Assembly: GCA_051294905.1 (NCBI GenBank)
Contig: CM119378.1
Coordinates: 1,426,001-1,488,000 of the forward strand
Source: Botryllus schlosseri
Taxonomy: Eukaryota
DNA: 62,000 nt
Direction: 5' to 3'
The notes below the pieces were generated by a model. The model did not search any database. It saw only the letters and a list, made by a program, of their open reading frames with translations, and was not told the origin of the DNA. Numbering within the stretch: position 1 is the first letter of the stretch; each line of letters opens with the position of its first letter. Both the position numbers and the translations under genes were made by a program. Below are positions 27,901 to 42,900 of the stretch, in pieces.

Positions 27901-30900
27901 ATCCCAATAGTGTTGATACTTTACTATTCTTCGAAATTACAATGAAATGTCGGTCTTGGCCGTCTGAGTCTCGAGTCATGCTCAATGACTCGAGTCAATA
28001 CACAGAATAACTCGAGTCAAGTAATTTCCGTATTTTGAGAAAATGACTCGAGTCAAGTCGAGTCATCAGAAAATCACATTACAATCCTGCCTTAACCTAA
28101 CTGCTCGCCGCGATTATCCTAATTTTGATGCTGGTGACATCATATTTCGTTATACAACTGTTGACATACAATGCTCTTTCCAAATCTCTGATAGCTGCTG
28201 ATGAGTGTAAGCCAAAAATATTCAGTTTCTTTCTCAATATGAATATATTATTCAATCGATTATTTCTAGTATTTACAATCTGGTTCATGAAAAATATTCA
28301 TGAAAATATGTACGACGGAGATTAGGAATACCTGGAAAAGTTCTCTTTCGGCCAGAAGACTTTGCAACGATTCCATTTTTTTCTTCCAAAGATCCTCCAC
28401 CTCTATGTAATGATCTCCCAAACCTTGAAACAAAGGCAAGTCAGATCTATGTCACATCAGTAAATCTCACTCTGAGAAATTAAGCCTTCGTTGAGTTCAA
28501 CGAAGATCAGAATTATAGTCGTTAAATTCGAACGAAACCCATTTATGGATGATGACGGTGTTAAGTGCAATTCATGACAGGATGTTGTGTTGGGATGTGT
28601 TATGTAAGTAATATCAAATACTCCTTCAGTTATCTATCAAAGTTTGATAATAAAGTCAGTTTGAAACGTGTTATCCATGCCAGGTAAGGAAGATGCAACA
28701 TTCATACATTCAAAAGTGCAAACGGAGTAATTCCGATTAAGATATTGAATAGAGATCGAAAAGTAATATAGTGTCATAATTCTTGGAACATGATTCCTGA
28801 TCATGATCTTAGTCTTCAAAAACCAAACTTTTTGAACCCCATTTCATGTTATAGGCCATAGAAGTTTATTATCATACAGATGTTAAATATTTCAAATAAC
28901 AATACATTCATATTGGTACATTTACCTACATGATCAGTAATTAAGTAGGTTTTGTGTGCTTGCAGATTACAGGTTTTTAGGCAAACTCGGCCTTGAATAC
29001 TATTGGCTATGATGTAGAGCTAAAGACATAACATTGATGAAATATTTGGAGATGAATAGTTTTGTGAATCTCTCTTATTAGAGCTTCTCTGCCACTCTTA
29101 CACCACACTGACGCTCCTAATGAGAGTCAGTTGAAAAGCTTACAGTGAATACATGTACCAGTATGAATATATCATCTATTTCACGTTATGGGTTAGTCGG
29201 AACACAAACTCAATTCCATTAGAGAATGCAAAATTGTACGCACCATGCATGAGTCCTACTCCACCGCATTCCCCACATATAAATACCAAGATATGATACC
29301 TGATAACTTGCCTCTCGTACTTATACCTTCGGGCTTGCCCTCGCAAATCAGCAGTAATCCAGCGGTAGTCACGTCGTCAACAGTCTTCTTGTGACGCATG
29401 ATTTCGCGAAACAAAGCCTAGGTTTAAAAAACGTATGAAGGAGCACGATAATCGGATAGGACGTACCAGAGTTTGAAAATATTCATCTTTTTCAAAATAG
29501 AATAGAATTTGAATTATAGCTAAATTGAACTACTACTTGAAAATTGAATACTGATATTTCGCTCTAATTAATCATCTACAATAATATAGTTGTCCAATAT
29601 AAAGCAGTGCATAGGTAGCCCTCAAAAACATTAACACTAGAATGACTTACTCTGTGATCTTGAATAAGTTTAGCGACCGTATCCGGAGAGAGAGGCGGGC
29701 AGTGAGGCCCCTGTAGGGATTCGCGAAGATGTTCCAGCCAAGCTATCGCCTGTAAAGTACATATTACATGCGTTCCGGGGTAACATAAAAACGTATCATT
29801 AATCATCATCAGGGTTGAAATTAATATTTTCCTTCATCAACAGGGCTGGGCAACATCTAGCGCCAGAGTTATTTGATTCTGAATCGAGTATTAAGCTTCG
29901 AGTCGAGTATTACAGTATCACTCATTATGAGGTCACAACAGTATAAGTTCAAATATCTAACTTTTATGCACCAACAAATAATATAATGCCACTTATTCAT
30001 CTCATTTAGGATCATTTGGTATTTTGCGATTACCACTACACAGATACATAATCCACAAACATGTGTAGCTTTTTACTATATGTCTCGTATATTGAGATAC
30101 GATCAATCAAGGTTTTCCGTTTTTTACAGTGGAGAATAGTATCGATACCATAATTATTTTTAATAAATTTACTCTTACTGGCAAGGACCGTTGATAAATT
30201 AATTCCTAACGGCAGGGAGCATGTAATTTAAGTATTCGAAACACCATCTTTCACCGCTTGGCTCAAATCTCACACTCATTGAGATTTGAGTGCCTGAGCA
30301 CCCAACCTTAGTCATAAAACGTCCAACATTCTCACCTGCTGCGCAGTCGCCCACAGGTCCTTTCTTTTTCCGATCGCTTGGTTCATGTCGGCGGTTTTTT
30401 CGAGTGCAATTTTCTGAACTCGGCGGAAAAATTTCTGCAAGTCTTCCACGTCGGCGCGTAGCTTGTCTCGTTCTGGACTGCTCAAGCTGAGAATGAGCGT
30501 TTGGTGACAGCTGCTCATCTCGTCAAACTCCTCCTTCTTATGAGACAGCTCTTTGCACAGTATCTGTCAAGTTAACGATCGCGTGTTATAATAAATTGCG
30601 CAACCAACTCAAAATCAGAAGAGGGTTAAAACCAGACCTGTACAAACTACTGCATCTTCAAAAAGCAGAACTAGAACTACTTCGAAACTAGCAACTAGAA
30701 CTAGAACTCACGACATCTAACTAACGTAACCAACTAAAACACAAATAAATACATGAATTGGCAGCACTGATAATACAAATTACTGAATTTCAAATGAGCT
30801 AAGAAATACATTGGGGATAAAATCTGCATTTTAAAAGGACAGGGTCTCCAGTTTGAGAAGGCCCCTGGCTAAATCACTGTTAGTAGTGACGGCTCTGGTC

Positions 30901-33900
30901 CAGCAATGGCTCCAAGAACATCACACAACAGAACACCGGGTATCACGATTCACGCCAAACGACTAAGCGTGTTTCATAGTTGTTCGGCTACTCATTTTTT
31001 TTAATGCGTAACGAAAACTAGAACTGGAACTATACTCACTTTACAAAATCTGTAACTAGAACAAGAACTACTCAAAAAATTAGTAGTTAGTTCTAGTTCA
31101 ATACCAACTAGCTAGATTAGTTTTTTTGAACAAGTCTGGCTCGAACAGCAGTATGTGAATCAAAAAATTTGAAAAAAATCGTACGTTGTGTTTTTGCCGA
31201 GCCGCATTCAATTCCTCAATAGAGATCGTCATCGGCACTGGTTCTTCAAATTTGTTTTTCTGCTCCACAAGCCAAGCATTCGTGTCTTCCAATTGCTTGC
31301 AGTATTCGTGCAATTCGTTGGCCGTGTTGCAGAGCATCTGATAACGAGATTGAGCCTTGTGCTCGCAGTCGACCCATTTCTGCTGCACACATCTGAAAAA
31401 GACAATATTGAATTCACTATAACCGATGATAATAAGAGATTCTATACTACTTTCCATTGCAGAAGGCTGTAAATCTCAATTGGTCGTATCAGATCATACG
31501 AAATATGTAGCACGAAACTATGCACTCGATTCAGACTCAAATAATACTAATATCGCCATGATATTGCCGTAATATTGATAACATTCAGTAAAATTTCAAT
31601 ATTATCTTCAATTCAAATATACCGAGTACAAACCTATATTTTTCTTCCACAGATTCAGCATCGTGGCTTGACATCCTGGGTGTAATATTCTGCATTTTTT
31701 CATTTAAAACGTGCAGAATCCCTTGTAAACTATCCATCTCATCAACAATATCCTGTTAATGTAGAAAAGGATTATCGCAAGGAGTAAGGAACAGAAATCT
31801 CGAGCGCCTAGCAGAGGTAGAACAGAGTAGTGAGCTTCCCTACTTAAGCAGAAATGGAAATAATGCCGTAAATTTCGACTTAATTGCAAATACAAGCAGG
31901 AATTTCAAAAACGTGTCAAAAGTACTCAAAGTAGGTAGTCTCAAAAGTAGATTTGAGAGACTCTGCGTATAATTTTAACTTTAACCTTCGAAATTGCAAC
32001 ACGCATCTTTGCGAATGACACAGAATAACAAAATGACGCTACAAATTGGCGATACTTTTCCCGTTACCGCATTCTCATGGAAATTTAACTCTTAAAGGTG
32101 ATGGGAGCATACCCAAAAACTCACTTTACTGGAAAAGAAAGCGTAAAAAAGTATTTTTGTTAGAAAATTGTGTCTAAAAACATAAGCGCTCAAGAAAGTA
32201 GTTCAAGGAGGTAAAATCTACTTGAGTACTCATAGAAGGGCTTCGTTACTCCCCACCTGTGAATGCCAGTAGGAAAGTGTACGCACCTTTGCTTGCATTA
32301 GCTTTGTCTCTGTATCATCGTCTATGTTACGAAACAAATCGTCGATTTTTGATTTCACTTCTTTCACGACACCTTGCACGTAGTTGAGATATCTTAAAAG
32401 AAAAAATAGTACATTGAGCTTAAGCCATGTGTTTGTCTTGATTATTATTCGAATTTTCATGCCGGTGGCGTCATATTAGGTGATACGATTGTTGATGTAC
32501 AATGTTCTTTCCAATTCTCTACTAGTTACTGACGATCACCCCTGACGAGTGTCAGCCAAAAATATCCGGTTTTATTTCAATACAAATATATTGTTTGATT
32601 GTATAATGATGCAAAATCTGTATTAAAATTCAATTTCTGCTTGAAGTCAAAAGAAATTTGATTGTATAGGATTGTACATTAAAACCAGATCAGTGCCTAA
32701 AGCACCTAATTAATCTTTGAAAAATATTAGCAGGCGGCTTTACTACAGAATATTTCAGATTTTGAGATATTTTTTCAATTTCTACAATTATATTTTTTAA
32801 ACTATAAGCCATGGATATGAAGATTTGCATATAAAGTGATGCAAAAGTAATTTGAGTTGATATTCCAGACTTAGATTTCAATATATTTGCAAGTGTGGCA
32901 ACGTCAATCTACATTTTCTTTAGCAAAAAAACGCGATTAAGTAGACTCACGAAGTAAAGTCTTCGGAAGCTTCCAGGTTTTCTTCCTGTGCAGCGCAAAG
33001 TTTCTTGGCGATACCGAGAAGGTGCTCCCATTGAGAGTAAACCTCTTGGAATCCCGGGTCCATCGCTGATTCTAGAGAAAGGATTTGAAACTCGAGTTTC
33101 AACATGAAAAAATTGTTTTCGATCCATTATGAAATATCAGGGGTCAAAGTAGTTATCCTTGGTAACCGAGTAGGAGTAGAAGTATTGCATCGAATTTTGA
33201 TTCAACTCCAAGTAGTTGTAGTGATTTCCAAGATACTTCAAGCGAAACTAGAAAATGAAGGCCTGAGATAATACAATTTGATGAGAAATTGATATTGAAA
33301 TAAACCCGTTGATATACAAAGCAATTCTCAATTCTGTACTAGTCCCCCGATACTGACTTCTGCAAAATAATGAGAGAAATGTCGACTAACCAGGGCTGAG
33401 CAAAGAACGATATCTTTCTTCCAACTGCTGCAGGAGAACTTCCTTATTCTGGATTTCGTCGCGCAGTTCTCGGCAGTTTGGTAAATTTGCGTATCTGCTC
33501 GGCACTTGACTCTGTATACTCTCTGCGGCTCCGTCTACTGGAGTGTCTCCGATACGTTCCAAGATAGCCTTGGTCTCGCCGAGCCAACCCTTGAAAGAAA
33601 GAGTAATTTTATTGAAAATTTCGTCAGATTAAAACACCACAAAATTGCGATACAATGAAAAGATAGGAAGGAATGGGAACGACTTGGAGTAGGCTTTGAA
33701 ACAGATACCCCCCTGGCCTAGAAAGCATGTAAATAAGAGGCATGTACACTGGATGGAAAGTAATAAAAGCGTATCATAAAGACAAGCGATGAATATGAAC
33801 GCGGAATGTGTCTGTAGGCGAGATCGATATGTCAGATCATGTTACTGGAGACTGGTCATAATTCCAACACCGCATCCTAGACTGCTAGTTTTGATAATGT

Positions 33901-36900
33901 ATGTTCAATATGTTGTTTAGATATTTTGCGAGTCACAGATAGATGTTATTTATTATGACATCATTAAGACAGAAATACGGACGCAATACCATTCAAATTT
34001 TGGCAGCTAAAACCGACCTGCAGTTCGGATAAAGCATCGGCAACGGCAAGCCAATCAGTCGCGACGTCATTGGCTTTCTGCATTTTGTCATCAAGCATTT
34101 CTTGGAACTGTTCCAACTGAGCCTTCATCGGTTCCATTTCTTCCGGGTGCAGCAAAATGCTTTCGGCGATAAATTCTTGAATTTCTACAGAGAGAGAGGG
34201 AATGTTATTATATAAAAAATAAACAGCACCAAGATTGATGATACAGAAAAATCACGGAGTATTTAGACAGGAATGATTGATACAACCTTAGAGTAAACTA
34301 GTCTGCACACTGACTGTATATAGATGGTAATTTTAGGTAATTATGTAACTCATAGCTACGGCTGGCCAAAATGCCAGATTATTAACTGTTTTTACTATAC
34401 CTATGTCATTGCACTTTATGACAATGCACGACTTAACAAATTTGTCATTTCCACTAACGTGTGTAGCTTTTTACTACATTTTAGGATGTTAAATGCAACC
34501 AATCGAGGTTTACAGCCAACAGTGGAAAATACCATTGACATCATAATTCTCGTTTATAAATTAACTCTTAGTGACAAAGACATCGTAATATCACTAATCT
34601 CAAAAATCATTCCTAACTGCTTGATTCAAACCATTAGAATTAATACTTGATTCGTATTTAAGTATTCAATCATTGTGCCAGCCCTAGCTAGAATACTTCC
34701 ATTAACTTACTTTGAAATTTACTACAATAGTTATGCATCTACATTAGGGTTGTCCATAATTTGGAAAATCTTACAAATCCTCGGTTGTAATGTCTTATTC
34801 GATAGATTATTGATAAAAAACGACACTGAGCCTGAAAGAAGCTCACAGAAAGGCCGTTAAGATTTCGTGCAAAGCGTTTGAAAGTAGCTGCCGAAGAATG
34901 GGCGTGCCACCGACCATAGAACGGCGAGAAGACTAGTAATCAAGAAACCACGGCTCTTGATTGGATAATCGGCTATGCTTCAATGACCACGTCAGCAGCA
35001 GCTTGCTGATTAGGTGAACTAGGAGTCTGCTACTGGCGGCGATTCTGAAAGCGCATTGTATGTAGGTTGACAGATAATGATTTAGGATTGATTAAGGGTA
35101 TGTTGAGGTACGAAATACATGATGAACAAACAACAGCTGCTTCACAACAACGTCTAAAGCATGACTGCTTTATTGTGAAAGAAACCGCCGTAGCCTATAT
35201 GCCTTGTTTTCAACGAGGGAAAGCATAGGCGCTTATGCAAGTGGCGACGGATTCCTAGTTTCAGAAATAATATATCATTATTGAATACAAAGATAAAGCT
35301 TAACAATCACACTATAGTTTGTGTGATCTCATTGGGCTCCGGTTGTAGTACATAGTTGAATCAGCGGGTTATGCTTGGCACTTGTCAGATGCTTGCATCA
35401 AACTGTATTCACTTGCAAGTGTTGTCAGAGTCCTTGATGATGACGCAGAAAAGAGGCGTAAAAGTAAGCACATAATATGCTGGATATGATTTGTCAAATT
35501 CCTTAATAATCGCGCAGAAAAGGGGTGTAAAGGTAAACAGAGACAATGCTGCATAGTGCATAGTATCCAGCATAGTTTGCATATCATATCAAGCAGGGCC
35601 TGTGCTTGCATTTAAACCTCGTTTCTGCGACATCATTAGGGACTTTGAAAACATTTACAAGTGAATTCAATTTGCTGCAAACATCTGATGAGTGCTAAGC
35701 CTAACTGTCTGATTCAGCCGATCGCTAGAGCATTCAAAACTTCAAATATGTACTGCAACCTGAGCCCAATAAGATCACCTAACTTATAGTGTCATTGTTA
35801 AGCTTTATGTTTGTATTCAATAATGATATATTATTTTTGAAATTAGGAATCCGTCGCCACTTGCATAAGCGCCTATGCTTTCCCTCGTTGAAAACAAGGC
35901 ATGTAGGCTACAGCGGTTTCCTTCACAATCAAGCAGTCATGCTTTAGACGTTTTGTGAAGCAGCTGTTGTTTGTACATCATGTATTTCGTACCTTAAGAT
36001 ACCTTGAATCAATCCTAAATCATTATCTGTCATCCTACATACAATGCGCTTTCAGAATCGCCGCCAGTAGCAGACTCCTTGTTCACCTAATCAGCAAGCT
36101 GCTGCTGACGTGGTCATTGAAGCATAGCCGATTATTCAATCAAAAGCCGTAGTTTCTTGATTACTAGTCTTCTCGCCGTTCTATGGTCGGTGGCACGCCC
36201 ATTCTTCGGCAGCTACTTTCAAACGCTTTGCACGAAATCTTAACGGCCTTTCTGTGAGCTTCTTTCAGGCTCAGTGTCGTTTTTTATCAATAATCTATCG
36301 AATAAGACATTACAACCGAGGATTTGTAAGATTTTCCAAATTATGGACAACCCTAATCTACATTCATGTCTAAATACTATCGATGACAACTTTAACTACG
36401 CTTCCTTACCTTCAAGCTCCACGGCTGTGAAAGCCAAGTCTTTAACGATTCTTTGTGACTCTTCCAGACTGCCCGGGTTTCGAGCCATGCACACATTCAC
36501 CGAAGCCTGTTTCTCAGTCAACCACGACCTGATTTCTTGGAGTTTCACGTTGAAATCTTGTTGCTTATGGACTATGCCTTTCAGACGATCCACAAGCTGT
36601 GTGGCTGCGTCGTGGACCGTCAAGTAGGTCGTCTGAAAGCAATGTCTATTACGGAAAGCAAAGTTGGACTGAAAAATTTTCAATTTTTTCAAATTAGATT
36701 ACGATTAGAACGATAGCTACACATTGTTTTCCCAATTAGGTTAGAATGAGAATAAGTGAATTCGCAAAAACTTGGAAATTTAATTAGATTCCTAACCGGA
36801 AAGGACTACAACAAAATTGTTGTTCAGATCAGGAAAACCAGGTATTAGATTAGAATTAAAAGGTGAGCATAGAAACATTTCACAAATTAGATTAAAATTA

Positions 36901-39900
36901 GAGTACCGCCATTTTGCTTAAATCAGTCTAATTGGACGACTAAAATTACCTGGTTGTTCAAGTTTGACAGGAAGCGGCTCAAAAATAACTTGGTTTACAC
37001 GGGGAGTATGTGAGGTACCTGCAGTTTTTCGAATTGCGTCTTCACTTGACCTTCCAAAGGAGCTTTGTCTTCGTATTCGTTTAAGAGACGTTTGCTCATC
37101 GAGGATAACGATTGGACTTCATTCCTGGAAATGCATCGACAGAATAGTTGGTCAGTAACAACTACTTGAACTTTTTCATTTAAGTTTTGCCAATTTTGAC
37201 AACTTACCGAAGTGTTACGTTTTTAGGCTACTTCAATTCCTACTGGAACAGAGGTATTCAGTATCGAAGTACATCTGCTTTTTCAGAGTTTGTATTTGCA
37301 CTATGTAGGCTACACAAGCAGTACTTCCGTGTTCAGGCAACATCACTTGTTTCCAACAATTTGAAATTTGTACAGTAAATAGAAGTTTTGGCACACGTTT
37401 TCGTCATTTTAACGAGTGAAACTGTCATGAACACCAGGCAAACGATATCCTGTGTCAGATCGTTTGAATTATTCTCAAAAATCACACCCATTTTTAATGA
37501 AATTGGGTATTCTGAGAGAGTCACAAAGATGCACGCTGGAATTTCAAAAGTGCTCACTCAAGATGAGCTGCTAATAGTATGCGGCACATCGGCCAAATCT
37601 ACTTTTCGAGACTATTTCCTTGAGTGCTTTTCACATTTTCACATTTTTCTTGTTTTCTGAAGTAGTTTTGACATGTTTTTAACATCGCTATTTCTAACTC
37701 GACTTGAGTAGCAACGCTGACACCTATGCTTTTAATCCCACGACGGCTACCTGAAATTGTTGATCTCCTCCAAAAGGGCTTGAAAGTCTTTCAGTTGCGT
37801 CTCGAATTTGGTGGCGGATTCGCGCGAAACGTCCAGGTCCGAAGGAAAGTCCTGCGAGGAAGCCACCATGATTTGTGACGACTTCCCCAGCAACCATTTC
37901 TCGGCAGCCTGCATTCCCTCGAAATAGTCCTGGTGCACTTTCACCTGCGACAAATTGAAAGCGATCGCCGTCAGTCAAAAATATTCAGAGGTTTACCTGA
38001 GCATGAATAGATTGCACATTTTTTTTCATTTTACATATCGTAAGTAGGATGTAGTTTTAGGACACGTCTGCAGCAATGTTATGAGTGAAATTGTCACAAA
38101 AACTGTACTTATATCACCGTAACTGCGTATATTTTTAAAAATTGCACCTATATGCAGAGTCATTTGTCATAATTTATTGGCCGCGATATACTGCAATTTG
38201 GAAAGTAGTACTTTTAAAATGTAACCATCTTCGATCAACTGCCAGAAGTATGCGACTTTTCGAAACTAGTCAAGTCTTTTCAGGACCTTTATTTTATACT
38301 CTGAGTTCAAATAGATTCTACATGACTTGGAAATCACTACGTACACTTGTAATTGATTGAAAATTTATGCTTTAACTTCTACTAATACTCGAGCAACAAC
38401 GCTAACTACTTTGTCCGCCACTAGAAGAATTTCAGAGTAAACACTCACCCCAGCTTTGAGTTCATCCACTTTCTCTTTGCTGATCTTGATCAAGCGTTTA
38501 TGATCTTCGTTCAGCAACTCGACTTCTCTCGTTTCCCTGATATTATCCGGAAGACGACGGGCTTTTAGCACCACCATATCGATCATTTCGTTATGCTTTA
38601 CAATCTCTTCTTGGTAGCTCATGAACCTGGCAGTGACAATGTCATTATGTAATGAATTGATTAAATATCGGAGGTTGTCAGTTACAGAGTAATTATCTGT
38701 CTTTGAACTCAATTGGTTATGATTAAGGCAAGTTTTTGCAACTTTTGCAACTTTTTTTTACAGCTTCCTGCAACTTCCTACATGCTCAGAAGTTATCTAG
38801 TATGGTATTTTAAGCTGTTTGAAGGAATCTCATGTTGCAACTATTTCCAGCTTTTCTCCATTTTTTTTCATGCAACTTTTTACAGCTTTTTCGATTTTTC
38901 ATGAAACTAACTTTTTACTGAAAATATTAGGCACTATATGTAAATAGTTCGCTCGATTATTTCACTGTCATTTAAATTTGAGTTCCTTTCTGATTTGATG
39001 TTTATTTAGGCTAAACCGCCGAAAATTATATTTTCACTGGGTCAATATTTTCAGGCTATTGATTTTGTTGAAGTCGCCAACATTGCGTTTTGCTGCGGCG
39101 CCTTGGATAAGGATCAATTCGAGTATCTCATACATTAATAATTTCAAGGAACTTGTCCATAAATGCAACTTTTTAGTGCAACTTTTGTGAAAATTAAGTG
39201 CAACTTTTCACGGATTCGACTGCAACAAAAACTTGCTCTAGTTAAGATTTTTGATATTTTGTACTTGTATTTGACAGTTTTTAGGCAAAACTAGACTTGC
39301 AATACTTACTTAGAAATCGCCAATTCTACTTTTACTTGAGGATGATTGTACAATGGTACTTCTACTTCTGGTTGATAGTAACAACAACTACTTTGACTGC
39401 CTCTATTAAATGTGGATCAACGCTTACTTTGCTAACTGCCCCTTCTTCTCGTACAATTCGTATTTGATGTCGAACTTGGCGTTGATTTTCTTCTTCATCT
39501 CTGACATCCAGTCTTTGAAAGAATTCAACGAGTCCTGGAAGTCCTCGTAATAGCGTAACGTACGACGGAGGTTGCCGCGCTCGTTTTGAACTCGAGATAA
39601 CAGTTCCTGAATTGAAATTTGTTGTCACATTAGGACACAGTCTGTGATATAGTACATAGTTTTTCACCGTATTATGATGCCATTAGTAGTTTCAAATTCA
39701 AAATGCTTGTTTGCACCAGTGTTGGGATCAAGTCACTACCTTCGAGTCACGAGTCATTTCGAGTCGTTGCACATTTTGACTCGAGTCAAGTCAAGTCAAT
39801 CGATTTTCGAAGGTGACTCAAGTAAAGTCAAGTCACTCGATTTTTGGAGGTGACTCGACTTGACTCGAGTCAAGTCAAGTCAAGTCACGAGTCAAGTCAA

Positions 39901-42900
39901 AATTCAAATCAAGTTGCCTTTTTGAAGTATGAAGCATGATTACATCATTGCATTTTGCCATAGCTGTCTGAATTACAGATCGAGGGGTCATTGATTCTGC
40001 ACCGATCAACGTATGTATAGCTAAATATACACGAAATAAGGCGCTGTATCACTCACATAGACGTAGAACTGTTAAACTACGTGAGTAATTGTATTGTATA
40101 CACTCAGTTTATAGTTGCTAGCCAAAATAGAGAATAGAGAAACGAATTGATAAGATGCAATACATTACCCATTTATAAATTGACATGATACATTTCGAGT
40201 CCGCGCCAATGGTTGAGGAGTGTACAAACTATATTCGATTTCAATTTCAATAAAAAACACCCACCTGGAAATCCTCATGTTGAGCGGCTGTCTGCTGTCG
40301 CAGTTCTTCCGTCAAATTTGCATCAAGAAGCTGACAAAGTTTGGAGCTCTTGTCGGAGATTGACGAGAGGAGAGATTTATGCGATTCGAATTCAGCCAAC
40401 ACTTCGTCAAGCTTATCGGAACACTCCTGTTTGAGAAAAGAACGTCATAAATTTCGACTTGACTTCAAATACAAGTAAAGATTTCAAAGACAAAGTTGTA
40501 TATGTCTACTTCGCTAGAAGTAGTAGTAGTGATTTCTAAGACATGTCAAAAACACATCAAGTAGAAGTAGAAATATTGCCGTAAATTTTGACCCGACAGT
40601 AAGTACATGTACTAATTTCAAGGATTTCAAAGACATGTCAAAACTATTTAAGGTAGAATCGAAAGTAACTCAGCAAATTTCTACTTAATTTGTCACTTCC
40701 ATGACATTATAAACTACTTCAGGCAGAAGTAAAATGATGTCTGAAAAGTAATCTACCAGTTTCAAAGAGTAGATTTGACGACGGGTCCCACACTTTCAGC
40801 AGTTACTCATAGGCCACTAAATTGCTTAACACACATATTTAAAGAGCATCTTGGAGGTACAGAATTTCAATATACGCTTCAATAATTGATATTGAAATAA
40901 ACCCGAATATTTTCGACTGACACTCGTCAGGGGTAATCGTCAGCAACCAATAGAGAATTCAAAATAACATTGTATATCAACAATCGTATCATATTTAGGT
41001 CATGTTAGAGCTTCTTTCAATACAAAATTATATTGTACCAACATACCTGAGCGTTCTCAGCGTCAATATTCTCAGGTTGCGTGAACATCGCAAATCTTTC
41101 ATCCGTAGTTTGAAGCCATTTGTCAAATTCTTCCGCTTCATTGTCGAGGTCAGTTTGAAGCTGGATGGTGTCCTGGAACTTTCGGAGCTTGTCCTTGGTG
41201 CGGATGATCAGTGCTTGATAGCGGGACATCATCTGGGTCACCTGAATTTCGGAGGCAATCAGTAACGAGTATAGACATTTTTCCCGAGCGCTCCAAGCCG
41301 TGTTTGGTTACTTACAGCCCTACTCAAGTTGTTACGTTTATGGACTTCCACTTTCACCTCTACTAGATATTTTTAGGAAAAACCACCTGGTTTTGTTTCT
41401 ATTTTGTGAGCTTGCCATCACTTTTCGGAGAGAAATAGTCATAAGAATCGCGTGAAATAGAACCTGCATATTTTTCAAGATTCTACCTATTTACAGTTTC
41501 ATTAGTCGCGATATGTCTTCCAATTTTCAAAGTAACTAGCTCCGAATAGCTGTCAAAAGCTATGCGACTGCTCCACCAAATCTACTTTTTCAATCCGCTC
41601 AACGAGAACTACTAAAAAGTTTAAAATTTTCATTCAGCCACATCGTTTATACTGTTATGACGTTATAATGTGTGATGCTCGAATACAAGACTTGAAGAGC
41701 AGTACTAGATTCAGAATCAAGCCCCTCAGGTACCCCATTTTGCCGAGCCTTACTTGGAGAGCTTCTTGGAGGTGCAGAACTTCAATGAATGAATAGCATA
41801 TTGATATTGGAATGAATCAGAATATTTTTGGCTGACACTCCTCAGGAGTGATCGTCAGCAGTAGTGAATTGTAATTCAGTAAAATTTACGCTGTTACTTC
41901 TACTCCTACTTCAGTATCAACGCTGACTACTTTTACCACCTCTGCTGAATTTTATGACACAGTTCTGTCCGAGAAAAATGCTGACTTCACTTACTTGCAT
42001 GCTGACGTTTCCATCCGCGCTTCCGCACGAACCGACAAGTTGCTGCGCCGCCCGGTTCAATTTGTCCAATTTAGATTGGTTGGCCGAGATCTCGTTGGAA
42101 TAAGACTTGTAACGGTCCGATAATTCTCGATTCTCAGGCAGTGACCCGGTAAGTTCGATCTGCAAACGATATTATTGAACTTTACTTTGAAATTTGCAGT
42201 AGAAAGCACTTTACGGATATGTGTATATCTGGACTCGAGTAAAAACTATAAAAGTCTAATTGACTTGTGACTCATAAACTTTTGACTTGGTTACAAGTTA
42301 CAACCCTGGGCCTTAGTAACGTATTAGATTTTATAACATAGAAAGTATTTATGGGATATGTTCATATCACATTTATTATGAGTAAAATTGTAATGACCGT
42401 GTGGCAAAATCCCTGTATCAAGGAAACTGAATATATTTTCAAAAGCAGCACCATTTGCATTGTCATTCGTTATTTTGCGTTAGTCGCAAAGATGCAACCT
42501 GCAATTTTCACAGAAGCCATCTACGATTACCTGCTACAGTATGCAATCTATGTAACACAGCTGAAATCACCTCTGCATCAGGACATTGTTCCATCGCAGA
42601 AATCCAATCCAGGAATTCGGAGCAAATTCTGCCGTATTTCGCCGTTTCTTGCACCAGAGTTTGAGCTTTTGTCAGAGACTCTTCCAGTTTTCTCTTATAT
42701 TCGCTCCATTCCTCACGTAGGGTCTAAAATTTGATGCGATTTTGACAGAACAGATTCATGGCGGTACAGAACTTCAACACATATTTGAATAATTATTACT
42801 TCCTTTACAAAAATTGAAAATTTACTAGTCTGAATAATTCAATTCAACAGTTCACAAGAACATAGCATTTCAACAGTTGTGTCACCAAAAATGACATCAC

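Noticed and set aside
29144..29175. Possible cassette exon with a gtaagc donor
   Set aside because: It is 32 nt long and not frame-preserving.
40915..40960. Helitron 3' end (hairpin followed by CTAG in the arm consensus)
   Set aside because: Homology continues more than 100 bp past the CTAG position and arms occur as inverted pairs, which fits a TIR element.
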